This document shows, one piece after another, positions 24,897 through 33,589 of a DNA stretch of 48,475 nucleotides; the stretch's first letter is position 1; each line of letters starts with the position of its first letter. The notes beneath the pieces were generated by a model. That model ran no database searches. It saw only the letters and a program-made list of their open reading frames with translations, and was not told the DNA's origin. The stretch is from Anaerovoracaceae bacterium (lineage in GTDB: Bacteria; Bacillota; Clostridia; Christensenellales; Borkfalkiaceae). A program made the position numbers and the translations under genes. The stretch is taken from assembly GCA_963599785.1 (NCBI GenBank), contig CAVBZJ010000001.1, positions 17,701 through 66,175 of the forward strand, read 5' to 3'.

Positions 24897-26111
24897 TTAC
24901 TTTCTCTTTATCTTCGCAACGCGAACGCAGTAGTGCATACCGTACGGGAAATCGGTTATGCGAACGCGAAGTTTATCCCCTTCCCGTGCAAAGTTCAGCT
25001 CCTCTTCATTATCTATCCACGCGATATTTTCAATTTCCTCGGGATAATCGACGAGAACGGTCTTTTTCGCGTTTTTCACTATATTAAGGTGTTCATCCGC
25101 AATCATTTCCAGCCCCTTGACGACCAGATAATCGTACTTTTCACCCCTTAAAACGAAGCTATCTTCTTGCACGACGAGAGGTTTAACGTCGTAAACGCTT
25201 TCGCCGTATACTTCTATCCACTTTCCTATCTCCGACAAAATGCCCTTTTCTATACCCTTTATCGTTCCATCCGCCATAGGTCCTACGTTAAGAAGATAGT
25301 TACAACCGAACTTCCTGCAATCCACGAGGTCGCCGATAAGTTCCGATACGCTTTTATAGTTCACGTCGAACGCCGAATAGCCCCAGTTGTTGTTCATAAT
25401 CTGGCACATTTCACCCGCGCGCGGACGATCGGAATTATCGACTACCGCGGGCTTGCCGCGTTCGAAGGTTACGCTGTCTATCTCGGGCGAGCTGACCTTC
25501 CCCTGAAATCCGAGTCCCGTGTTGTTTATAATCATCGCTTCCGGACGATATTTTCTTATAAGGGCGTAAAGTTCCTTTATCTCCCATTCTTCCTGCGTTT
25601 TATCCCAGCCGCCGTCGAACCAGAACCCGCCGATATTTCCGTATTCGGTGCATAAAAGCTTTACGCTTTCTCTTAAATACACGAGATATTCCTTGAAATT
25701 CTTCTCGAAACGCTCGTCGCGCCAATCCATAAGCGTGTGGTAAAACATAGGTGTGATGCCGTTTTTATAGCACTCGTCCACGAACTCCTTAACGAGGTCG
25801 CGCTTCGTGGGGGTGTGCATAACGTCGTAATCGGAAAGCCCTTTCGTATCGTACAAAGAAAAGCCGTCGTGGTGACGAGTCGTGAGCGAAATATACTTGC
25901 AGCCCGCGGACTTTGCCGCCGCCACGAGTTCTTTCGCGAAGTCTTTTTTAACGTTGAACTTCGGTAAAAGCGCGTCGTACTCTTCCCGAGACATCTTGTT
26001 GAAATAATACGCCCATTCGCCCCTGCCGCATACGCTGTACAAGCCGTAATGCACGAACATTCCGAAGCCCATTTTGCCGAACCTTTCGACGTAACCGTAA
26101 TCTTTCGTCAT
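24897..26111 (-). CDS. Alpha-L-fucosidase (GH29), cytoplasmic
   Basis: It carries FGMFVHYGLYSVCGRGEWAYY and TTRHHDGFSLYDT, both GH29-type motifs. I moved the start to the ATG at 26111, which follows AAGAGGAAAATT. The upstream 26 codons in the track lack an RBS. Confidence 0.85.
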   Translation of the reverse strand: MTKDYGYVERFGKMGFGMFVHYGLYSVCGRGEWAYYFNKMSREEYDALLPKFNVKKDFAKELVAAAKSAGCKYISLTTRHHDGFSLYDTKGLSDYDVMHTPTKRDLVKEFVDECYKNGITPMFYHTLMDWRDERFEKNFKEYLVYLRESVKLLCTEYGNIGGFWFDGGWDKTQEEWEIKELYALIRKYRPEAMIINNTGLGFQGKVSSPEIDSVTFERGKPAVVDNSDRPRAGEMCQIMNNNWGYSAFDVNYKSVSELIGDLVDCRKFGCNYLLNVGPMADGTIKGIEKGILSEIGKWIEVYGESVYDVKPLVVQEDSFVLRGEKYDYLVVKGLEMIADEHLNIVKNAKKTVLVDYPEEIENIAWIDNEEELNFAREGDKLRVRITDFPYGMHYCVRVAKIKRK

Positions 26112-26225
26112 AATTTTCCTCTTTATATTATTTCTCCCGAACGCCTGCATATTTCGCGCTCGGGAGAATTTTAACAGTTTTTTCGGCAATCCGTCAAGCG
26201 ATTTACCGCATCTTTAAGTTTCCGC

Positions 26226-28262
26226 TTACTTAACCGCCTCGAAAACGATATTGAACACGGAAACGTTATCGCTTTTTGCAACGTGAACAGAGAACGCGTT
26301 TCCGCCGGTTATATCGAACTCTCTCGAAACGGTCTTCCCCTCCGTCCATACGGGAGCGGTATTCCACGCTTCGCCGTCGGGATAAAGCGACATATTGTCG
26401 CCCGCCGTGGAATAAGTAACTTTTATTTTCGTATATCCGTTCTTAATAAGCCAAGCTATTGCCTCCTGCTTAAAGGAGATAACGTGGCTTCCGCTCGTTG
26501 CGAAATCAAAGCTGTTTTCGCCGACCGCGGTAACGGTCACGCCGTCGTCGTACGGATTGAACCACGTCGCGGGGGAACTGTAATCGGGAGCTTTAACGAG
26601 TTCTAACGTAATAGCAAAGCCCGGAGTCGTTCCGTCGTCTATTCCGTACGCAACCGTAATGCCGAAATCTTCTATCGCAAGAGAAGCAATTTCAAAATCT
26701 CTCGCAAGGGGCTTACCCTTTCCCGTCCAGCCCCACGAGCTGTCGTAACCTTTGCAAAGATAGCCTATCGACCTGCCGTTATCGCTGTTTATGGAAGCGG
26801 TTATTCTTAACGTATCGAATTCGGTCTGTTCTTTTATTTTTGCGATGTATTCCGCTCGTATCGCAAGCGCGCCGTTGGTTTCGTTCTTAACGTTCGGGAA
26901 AACGTATTTGCCTTTTTCGTAAGTAAAGCTTTCGCCCGAAGATATATAAGTCCTCGGATCGCCGTCTTTATAAGCTATGCCCGCAACGACCGCAAGAGAG
27001 AAGCCGTCCGCGGCAACCCATTCGCCCGCTTCGGGGTTATTCGGATCGCAAGGCAAGCCTATCCAGCCGCCTATCGTCTGCACGGATACGCCGAACGCAG
27101 TCGCGTCCTTATCCGCTTCGAGATTTAAGGTAACGCTTATTTGATAGTTATTTGCTTCTTCTCCGTACATAAACTGCGTAGCCATATTTGCGTTCTTTCT
27201 GCCGAAGGTAAGGGTGAGCTGATTATAACCCGCCTTTAAATACTCGTTCACGCCGTCTTTGTTGACGGTAAAATCAAACGTTTTCGCGTTAGAAAGCACG
27301 TCGTAGTTCGCGGTGAACTTATAAACTCCGTCCGTGAATTCTTCGCCGTAAGCGGATTCCGAAACGCTGAAAATATTAGCTTTTGTATAATGCTTGTTGC
27401 ACGCGCCGCAAACGCCGTTCGCTCCGAAAGAATGAGAAAGTCTGTCGTTTTTGCGCTCGGCTTCCTCCGTTTCGCAACGCTCGCATTTTCTACCCGTCAT
27501 AGAACCGTGTTCGCAGGTAGCCGCTTCGGAAAATTCTTTCCATTCGTGACCGAGCGCGGGTTCGCCCGCCTCGTCGTAAACCGCGTAGCACACGCCGCAA
27601 TGATAAGAAATATATCCGTCGTCAACGCAGGTCGGCTCGAATTCTTCTACGATATAATCGGGCTGATGACCTTTCGGGGGAATAGCTTCCGAATATTCTT
27701 CGGTACAACCCTCCGTCGTGCAATGATAAAACTCCACTCCCTCCTCGGTACAAGTGGCTTCCACGCGTTTTTCCGTCTCTTCCGCATAGTTATGCGCAGG
27801 TCTGTCGGTTATCGCGCGTTCCTCTTTTTTACCGCAACGCGAGCAAACCTTTTCTTCTTTGCCGTCTTTTATGCAGGTCGCTTCTTCAACGACCTTCCAT
27901 TCGCCGTCGTGACCGAGCGCTTCGCCCGAAGTCCTTTCTTCGGTCTTGCCGCAGCGCGAACATTTACGTTCTTCCTCCGCCGCCGCTTCGCAGGTCGCGT
28001 GGGTTTTAACCGTCCATTCGCCGAACGAATGTCCGAGCGCGTTTACGGTTTCGGTCTTTTCTTCGCCGCATTCGGAGCATTTATAAGTAGTGCTTCCGCC
28101 CGCCTCGCAGGTTGCTTCAACGGTAGAGATTACCTTATAATCGTGCGTGCAAACGTCGTCCGTTTTGCCGCCGTCCTCTTTTTGGCACGCGGCAAACCCC
28201 GCCGCGCAAACCGCGCACATAACGCTTAAAAGACAAATCAGGGTTTTAGTAAATTTTTTCAT
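26226..28262 (-). CDS. Lipoprotein with about six Cys3-His repeat modules and C-terminal domains paralogous to the 780-aa protein
   Basis: The lipobox is AGFAACQK. Repeats follow the pattern ATCEAGGSTTYKCSECGEEKTETVNALGH. The C-terminal part shares DPRTYISSGESFTYEKGKYVF...GYDSSWGWTG and WF..SFDF..GYTKIKVTY modules with the 31044..33386 product. The ATG at 28262 follows GGAGG after 6 nt. Confidence 0.75.
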   Translation of the reverse strand: MKKFTKTLICLLSVMCAVCAAGFAACQKEDGGKTDDVCTHDYKVISTVEATCEAGGSTTYKCSECGEEKTETVNALGHSFGEWTVKTHATCEAAAEEERKCSRCGKTEERTSGEALGHDGEWKVVEEATCIKDGKEEKVCSRCGKKEERAITDRPAHNYAEETEKRVEATCTEEGVEFYHCTTEGCTEEYSEAIPPKGHQPDYIVEEFEPTCVDDGYISYHCGVCYAVYDEAGEPALGHEWKEFSEAATCEHGSMTGRKCERCETEEAERKNDRLSHSFGANGVCGACNKHYTKANIFSVSESAYGEEFTDGVYKFTANYDVLSNAKTFDFTVNKDGVNEYLKAGYNQLTLTFGRKNANMATQFMYGEEANNYQISVTLNLEADKDATAFGVSVQTIGGWIGLPCDPNNPEAGEWVAADGFSLAVVAGIAYKDGDPRTYISSGESFTYEKGKYVFPNVKNETNGALAIRAEYIAKIKEQTEFDTLRITASINSDNGRSIGYLCKGYDSSWGWTGKGKPLARDFEIASLAIEDFGITVAYGIDDGTTPGFAITLELVKAPDYSSPATWFNPYDDGVTVTAVGENSFDFATSGSHVISFKQEAIAWLIKNGYTKIKVTYSTAGDNMSLYPDGEAWNTAPVWTEGKTVSREFDITGGNAFSVHVAKSDNVSVFNIVFEAVK

Positions 28263-28287
28263 AAAATTCCTCCTATCTTTCAACTCA

Positions 28288-28316
28288 ATTTTAACACGGC
28301 AAAAAGGTCAAGTCAA
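28288..28316 (-). promoter_or_regulatory. Sigma-A type promoter of the lipoprotein-fucosidase operon
   Basis: Minus strand reads TTGACT (28316-28311), a 17-nt spacer, then TAAAAT (28293-28288). Confidence 0.55.
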
Positions 28317-28324
28317 TACGCTAT

Positions 28325-28403
28325 CTCGTCTATTTCTTACTCTCGGTTATCCTGTTTATTCCCGCATTGTTCTGTTTTGCCAAATTTTTCCTCTCCGTTA
28401 TCC
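28325..28403. repeat. Conserved upstream activator-site block with two direct repeats CTCTC(G/C)GTTATCC spaced 51 bp apart (copy A)
   Basis: 28325-28357 (ctcgtctatttcttactctcggttatcctgttt) matches 44680-44712 at 31 of 33 positions. The repeats are at 28340-28352 and 28391-28403. The offset to the -35 box is identical to that in copy B. Confidence 0.7.
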
Positions 28404-28430
28404 TTTTTACTATTTATTTTTGCAAACGCA

Positions 28431-28458
28431 TTGACAAACGCTTTTAAAGCGGTATAAT
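28431..28458 (+). promoter_or_regulatory. Sigma-A type promoter of the divergent AraC gene
   Basis: TTGACA (28431-28436), a 16-nt spacer, then TATAAT (28453-28458). Confidence 0.55.
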
Positions 28459-28496
28459 AGAAACCGAGAAAACCCGAAAAAGGAGCAGAAAAGGCT

Positions 28497-29363
28497 GTGA
28501 AAATAGTGAAATCGAGTCCCACTCCGTACGACGCGGTGCAAATGGAAACGGCGCGGACGGGGGCAAACGGAAGCATAGACCATATAGTGAACGACATTCA
28601 GGTGCGTATAAAACAACAGAACGAAACGGGGTATTTGTGCTTATACGTCGTTTCGGGGAATATGTCGCTTACGGGTTGCGCCGAAGAGGAAATTGCCACG
28701 GGAAGCGGATTTTTGATTTCGGGCGAAGCGCAAATGCCTAAAATCGTGGCGCAAAACTGCACTTTCCGCATACTCTGCATATGGAACGAGCTTTTTATAA
28801 AAAGCTGCGACTACCTTTCCGAGGGTTTATACGAAGAAATGGCAAAAAGCGATTCGCCGATATTTTTTTCTATGCCGATAGAAAACGTGTTCTGCTTCGA
28901 GAATCTGTTCGATAAGTTTCTCAATTCCGAAGCCGGCGACCAGATAATACTTTCCCGCGGAATCGTCGCTATGCTCGTCAGCCTCGTCACCCACCCGAAG
29001 GGAACGAATTACGAGCAGTACCCCTCGATTATAAAGAAAATTTTATCTATACTGAACAGCGTGCCGAAGATAATGGACGGTATTCCGCAGGAAATTTACG
29101 ATTTAGGGTATTCTAAAAATTATATTTGCAGAATTTTCCGAAAGTATATGGGAATGACTATCACTAATTACATCACGGACAGAAAGCTTAAACATTCGAT
29201 AACGCTTTTCAACTCTACCCACGCGAGCGTGTCGGAGGTATGCGAAGCCCTGAATATCGAAAGCGTGCCGTATTTTACCAAAATTTTCAAGCAGAAATTC
29301 GGCATTACCCCCGCTAAATACAGAAACAACATTTCGCATTCGGAAAAGCCTTCCGAAAAATAG
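28497..29363 (+). CDS. AraC-family transcriptional regulator, candidate regulator of the glycan locus
   Basis: The C-terminus LGYSKNYICRIFRKYMGMTITNYITDRKLKHSITLF...EALNIESVPYFTKIFKQKFGITPAKYR is an AraC HTH. The start is uncertain: GTG 28497, GTG 28506 or ATG 28542. Confidence 0.8.
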   Translation: MKIVKSSPTPYDAVQMETARTGANGSIDHIVNDIQVRIKQQNETGYLCLYVVSGNMSLTGCAEEEIATGSGFLISGEAQMPKIVAQNCTFRILCIWNELFIKSCDYLSEGLYEEMAKSDSPIFFSMPIENVFCFENLFDKFLNSEAGDQIILSRGIVAMLVSLVTHPKGTNYEQYPSIIKKILSILNSVPKIMDGIPQEIYDLGYSKNYICRIFRKYMGMTITNYITDRKLKHSITLFNSTHASVSEVCEALNIESVPYFTKIFKQKFGITPAKYRNNISHSEKPSEK

Positions 29364-29384
29364 TAATATTATCTACGCAAAGAA

Positions 29385-29436
29385 AAAACCTTTCTCCCGT
29401 CGGAATTTCCGCGAAGAAAGGTTTTTATTGTTTTAT
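29385..29436. terminator. Bidirectional intrinsic terminator
   Basis: The stem pairs aaaacctttct (29385-29395) with agaaaggtttt (29415-29425), followed by tattgtttt. An A-run on the left serves the minus-strand operon that ends at 29461. Confidence 0.6.
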
Positions 29437-29460
29437 CGTTTTAGTTTTATGCGCCCGCAA

Positions 29461-31005
29461 TCACTCTCGGGGAGCTTTCAGCATACGCTCCGCTATCCTA
29501 TTGGGAGTTACGAACACGCCTTTGCCCGCACCGATATTGAGAGTAATTTTGCCGTCCGTAAGCTCGGCGGTCTTTTTAACTCCGTTTTCTATATAGCTCA
29601 CCTGTTTATACCCCGCGCCGAAGGTTAATGTTACGGCGTTGGTTCTTTCAAGTCTCGGATCGTCCGAATTGACTACCATAAACCCGAATCTGCCGTTTTC
29701 GTCTTTCAAACACCCCGCGATAGCGTCGTAAGAAGAGGTCATCGCGGTAAGAACGCCGCCCGCATAAGAGGTCGTGCCGTTAAACACGTTCGCCGTAGCG
29801 GTCGTGCCTTGGGAATAAGTCGTTCCCAGCCATTTATAGCCCGCCATACGCGTTGCCGCTTCGGTTATTTCCGCGTTGGCGTTTTTAACTCCGTCGTAAA
29901 CCTCGGTCGCGACCGACTTATACGTTCCGTCGGACTGCAATTCCCACATATAGGGCGCGTCCGTAAACCATTCCGCGGTCGTCTGCGTCATCGGCTGCAT
30001 AAAGGTGAAGTAAGCCATTCTTTCATACCCGTACGCAAGCGCGGTATAAAACTGATAGGTCAGCTGCTGCTCCGAAACCTTGCCGTAATAGGTATAAGAA
30101 GAAGTCGCCCCTTTTCCGTTTATCTCGTCGTACTTGGTTTTGTTATAAAATCCCGTAGATTGAACGCACAAGCCCTTTTTGAACCCGTTTTCTTTTGCAA
30201 GTCTGGCGAATATTTCAAGGTTCTGGAAATATTGACTTCTTATCGCATAAGAGGTTTCGTAGCTGTATTTGTAATTAAGCACCGTTCCGCTTCTCGTTCT
30301 CGTAATCGTTTCGGTAAACGGATAGTAGTCGAAGGAAAGATACTCTTCGCCCGTACCCGTAAGCCCCGCGATATACTTTTCGACGTAAGTCGTGAACTGT
30401 GCTTCGGTAAGCCCTTCATCAGTGCTGTAATTTGTATCGTCGTCGGAGCTACCCGCAACGTGAACCTCCGCCGCGCCCATACCGAGCAGCGAGCCGTGAA
30501 GCATATACCCGTCGCGATAAACGCCGAGTTCGTTCACGAGCCATTGATACCAAAGGTTATAGGTATCCGCCATATACCCTCTCGGTTCGTCGCGGAGAAT
30601 AAACCCGCCGAAGCATTTGAAAGTTTTAAGATGATTGTAAAATTTCGTTATATTGATTTTCGTCTGAGCCTCGGAGTGAATGGCATTGCCGCTCATAGCC
30701 CCTTCGAGATAGCCGAGCTTTACGAGAACCCTTGCTTCCTCGTAAGCCACGTCGTACGCGTCGCAATAAGCCTCTACGAGATTTAATAATTTAATCGCGT
30801 CGGAATTAGCGTAATTGCCGTCTGCGTCTGTTTCCGAATAGCCGCTGTCTGCCTCGTAACCTGCCGATCTGTATGCAATGTAGTCGGCGTCGTCACCGCT
30901 GATGAAGGTAAAACCCGCATCGAAATACGCTTTTACGTCCTCTACGGTGGCGATATGGTATTCGGCTCCGCCCGTAACGTTACTTACGAGCGTGCCGTTT
31001 TCCAT
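29461..31005 (-). CDS. Cytoplasmic hypothetical protein (514 aa), putative TIM-barrel glycoside-hydrolase-like, distant paralog of the 37809..39341 product
   Basis: It has no signal peptide. The layout resembles the 510-aa lipoprotein (FGGFILRDEP.., SFDYYPF.., ALAYGYERMAYFTF.., C-terminal beta-sandwich). The RBS is weak. The family assignment is not secure. Confidence 0.35.
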   Translation of the reverse strand: MENGTLVSNVTGGAEYHIATVEDVKAYFDAGFTFISGDDADYIAYRSAGYEADSGYSETDADGNYANSDAIKLLNLVEAYCDAYDVAYEEARVLVKLGYLEGAMSGNAIHSEAQTKINITKFYNHLKTFKCFGGFILRDEPRGYMADTYNLWYQWLVNELGVYRDGYMLHGSLLGMGAAEVHVAGSSDDDTNYSTDEGLTEAQFTTYVEKYIAGLTGTGEEYLSFDYYPFTETITRTRSGTVLNYKYSYETSYAIRSQYFQNLEIFARLAKENGFKKGLCVQSTGFYNKTKYDEINGKGATSSYTYYGKVSEQQLTYQFYTALAYGYERMAYFTFMQPMTQTTAEWFTDAPYMWELQSDGTYKSVATEVYDGVKNANAEITEAATRMAGYKWLGTTYSQGTTATANVFNGTTSYAGGVLTAMTSSYDAIAGCLKDENGRFGFMVVNSDDPRLERTNAVTLTFGAGYKQVSYIENGVKKTAELTDGKITLNIGAGKGVFVTPNRIAERMLKAPRE

Positions 31006-31043
31006 ATACGCGCCTACCGCAGGTCCGTAATAGGCAGACAGCT

Positions 31044-33386
31044 CTATGCTTTTTTTGAGAGGTAATTCTCCCTTATAAACGCTTTCTGATCTTCCGTTAT
31101 GCCGCTTAATTCGGCGTTATCCAAGGCGGAATAGCCTACGTCTTGCGGGGCTCTCGCGTTATTCTCGAAGTCTACGTCCGAATAATAGGTAACGGTAGTT
31201 CCGTCCGCATATTTTACGGTAACGTAAGTTCTCGCGATATACTGCATGGTAAGGTGAGCTTCGGAAATATTAGTAAGAACGAGGTTGAACACGGTGTTTC
31301 CACCCTCTTCGTAGCTGTTAAAGCCCGAAGCCGTGCTTACAAGCTCGATATATTTAAGGCTTGCCGCGGACAGACTTTCTTTATCGAAATTATCTATTCC
31401 CACCGCTTTCGCGTTTTCGGAGTTAGTATCTATGTTGGAGCGCACCGTTAAAATCATACCGAACGCGGAGAAATACTCGGATTTTCCGACTATGCTCGTA
31501 AAGCGCAAGCCCGCCGTGCCGGAAGCGCGAATCTCCGCGCCGTCCTGCGTTTCGAGACGAAGCGCGATAACGTTTACGGTAACCGTGCTTTCGGGCGTGC
31601 CGATTGCGGCGAACACCGAAGAAACGTCTTTATAAAGCTTGCCGTCGTATTCGTAACCGAAGGTTTTAACGTCGGTTTCTGTAACGGTCGGCATATTTGC
31701 CGAGAAATTCTCTTCGTCCCATGTTATGGTCTGGGAATTATCGAGCGTTCCGTTCACGTTATAATTAACGGTTACTTCTTTAATATCGGTATCGACAAGC
31801 TCGAATGTTATACTAAAAGTGGTAGCTCCGTTTGTGGAAAGCCCGAAAGCCCCTTTCGTCAAATCGAATTCTCTCGATGCGTTTTTTCCTTCCGTCCAAA
31901 CTGAATCTCTCCAAGTTTCTGTTTCAGTCACGAATATACCCATATTAGCGGCGGTCGTCTTATAGGTTATGCGAATAACGTCGTAACCCTTACCTGCAAG
32001 ATATGTGAACGCGGTGTCTTGAAAGGTAAGAAAGGATAGAGCACTTGTGTTTGCCACGGTAAAGTCAAAACTACTCTCGCCTGTCTGTTCGCAGGTTACG
32101 CCGTCAATCAAAGAGAACCAGTTTTCGGCTAAATCGTAATCGACAGCCTCTATTTTGAGATTAAACGAAGTTACCTTATCGTTTTTAGAGTGATAAACGT
32201 AAAACTTTTTCTTATCCGTAATGTCGCGCTCTCTTGATTTTACCGTCCCGTTCGTATAAACGTATCCGTTATCGCCGTCCATCATTATTCCGACGGTCGT
32301 AGAACTCGAAGCGTTGTTTTCAAGATAGGTTACACGGATAGCTTCGTACCCTTTATCCACGAGGTAAGCAAGAGCTTCCGCCTTGAAGGACATAAACGCA
32401 CCGTTGCCGCTCTTTTCAAAATCGAAGCTGTTTCCGCTTATCTGCGTACAGGTTACGCCGCTTTGCAAAGAGAACCAGTTTATAACCTCGTCGTACTCGT
32501 TGTAATTGTCGTTAACCGCTTTAAGCTTAATATTAAATTCGGTAATACTCGGGGTTTTCGCAATATACAGAGAAAAAGCATTCCCGCTCGTTATATCGAA
32601 TTCTTTCGTTTGTGATAGGTCTTTCGTTGCCCATTTCGCCTCGACATTCCACGCTCCGCCGTCGGGATAAATGTTCATGTTCGGCGCGGATTCTTCCGTT
32701 TTCGGGATATAGGTAACGCGAATTTTTGTGTAGCCTTTTTTAACGAGCCAAGCAAGAGCTTCGCCCTTAAAGGAAAGCACGCCGCCGTTCTCGCTTCTCG
32801 TAAAGTTATAGCTGTTATACCCTGCCTTCGTATGCGTTACGTCGCTGCTGTAATCAGCAAACCACGTTTCGGAATCGCTGTAATCGGGAGCTTCTATAAG
32901 CTCTAACGCAACGGCAAAGCCCGAACCCGAGCCGCTCGAACCATAGCATACGGTAACGTCGAATTTGCCGTCGGCAAAATCCGCTATTTCAAAATCTCTC
33001 GAAAGAGGCTGTCCGTCTCCCGTCCAGCCCCAAGACGAATCGTAACCCTTGCAACGATAACCTATCGTCGTACCGTCCGTGCCTAACAGAGAAGCGGTTA
33101 TTCTTAACGTATCGTATTGCGTAAGCGTTTTAAAATAAGCTATCGTTTCCTGCTTTATCGAAAGCGTAGCGGACGTTTCCTTAACGACGCTTGCAAAAAC
33201 GTACTTTCCGTCCTCGTAAGTAAACGTTTCGCTTTCCCCCGAGCTGATATAAGTGGAAGGATCGCTTTCGTCAAAATCCGCCGCGGAAACCTTTGCAAGC
33301 GACAGACCGAACGCCGCCGCGCTTATCGCGAACAAAAATCCGAAAACTATCAATAAAATTTTTCTCAAATTCAAAGTTTTTTTCAT
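31044..33386 (-). CDS. Secreted multi-domain protein (780 aa): a domain shared with the 685-aa lipoprotein, three tandem modules of about 115 aa (WF..SFDF..GY..IRVTY), and a C-terminal IR..GLRF domain
   Basis: The signal peptide is ILLIVFGFLFAISAAAFGLSLAKVSA. The internal repeats are visible in the translation. The RBS is AAGGAGGG. Confidence 0.75.
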   Translation of the reverse strand: MKKTLNLRKILLIVFGFLFAISAAAFGLSLAKVSAADFDESDPSTYISSGESETFTYEDGKYVFASVVKETSATLSIKQETIAYFKTLTQYDTLRITASLLGTDGTTIGYRCKGYDSSWGWTGDGQPLSRDFEIADFADGKFDVTVCYGSSGSGSGFAVALELIEAPDYSDSETWFADYSSDVTHTKAGYNSYNFTRSENGGVLSFKGEALAWLVKKGYTKIRVTYIPKTEESAPNMNIYPDGGAWNVEAKWATKDLSQTKEFDITSGNAFSLYIAKTPSITEFNIKLKAVNDNYNEYDEVINWFSLQSGVTCTQISGNSFDFEKSGNGAFMSFKAEALAYLVDKGYEAIRVTYLENNASSSTTVGIMMDGDNGYVYTNGTVKSRERDITDKKKFYVYHSKNDKVTSFNLKIEAVDYDLAENWFSLIDGVTCEQTGESSFDFTVANTSALSFLTFQDTAFTYLAGKGYDVIRITYKTTAANMGIFVTETETWRDSVWTEGKNASREFDLTKGAFGLSTNGATTFSITFELVDTDIKEVTVNYNVNGTLDNSQTITWDEENFSANMPTVTETDVKTFGYEYDGKLYKDVSSVFAAIGTPESTVTVNVIALRLETQDGAEIRASGTAGLRFTSIVGKSEYFSAFGMILTVRSNIDTNSENAKAVGIDNFDKESLSAASLKYIELVSTASGFNSYEEGGNTVFNLVLTNISEAHLTMQYIARTYVTVKYADGTTVTYYSDVDFENNARAPQDVGYSALDNAELSGITEDQKAFIRENYLSKKA

Positions 33387-33399
33387 CTTTCCGCCCTCC

Positions 33400-33516
33400 T
33401 TAACCCCAGTCCTCGAAATCGGAGAAATCGTTGTCGCCCAAAGCAGGCGACATCGAAATGACGTCCGCGCTGTTTATCAAAAGCAGCGCAACGCGTGGTT
33501 GTTCATAGTGTTTCAT
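33400..33516 (-). CDS. Unannotated 38-aa small ORF (MKHYEQPRVALLLINSADVISMSPALGDNDFSDFEDWG), paralog of 5145..5261
   Basis: Hand-translated. AGGAGG lies 9 nt upstream of ATG 33516. The stop TAA (33402-33400) overlaps the RBS of the 780-aa gene. Confidence 0.6.
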   Translation of the reverse strand: MKHYEQPRVALLLINSADVISMSPALGDNDFSDFEDWG

Positions 33517-33589
33517 TATTATTTTCCTCCTATAATAATTTTTCTTTCTTATTTTCTCGGCTTTTCAGCCGTTTTTTCCGTAGGTTTGT

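Noticed and set aside
26112-26189. N-terminal extension of the GH29 fucosidase
   Set aside because: The extension has no RBS. The ATG at 26111 is preceded by AAGAGGAAAATT and gives a typical GH29 N-terminus.
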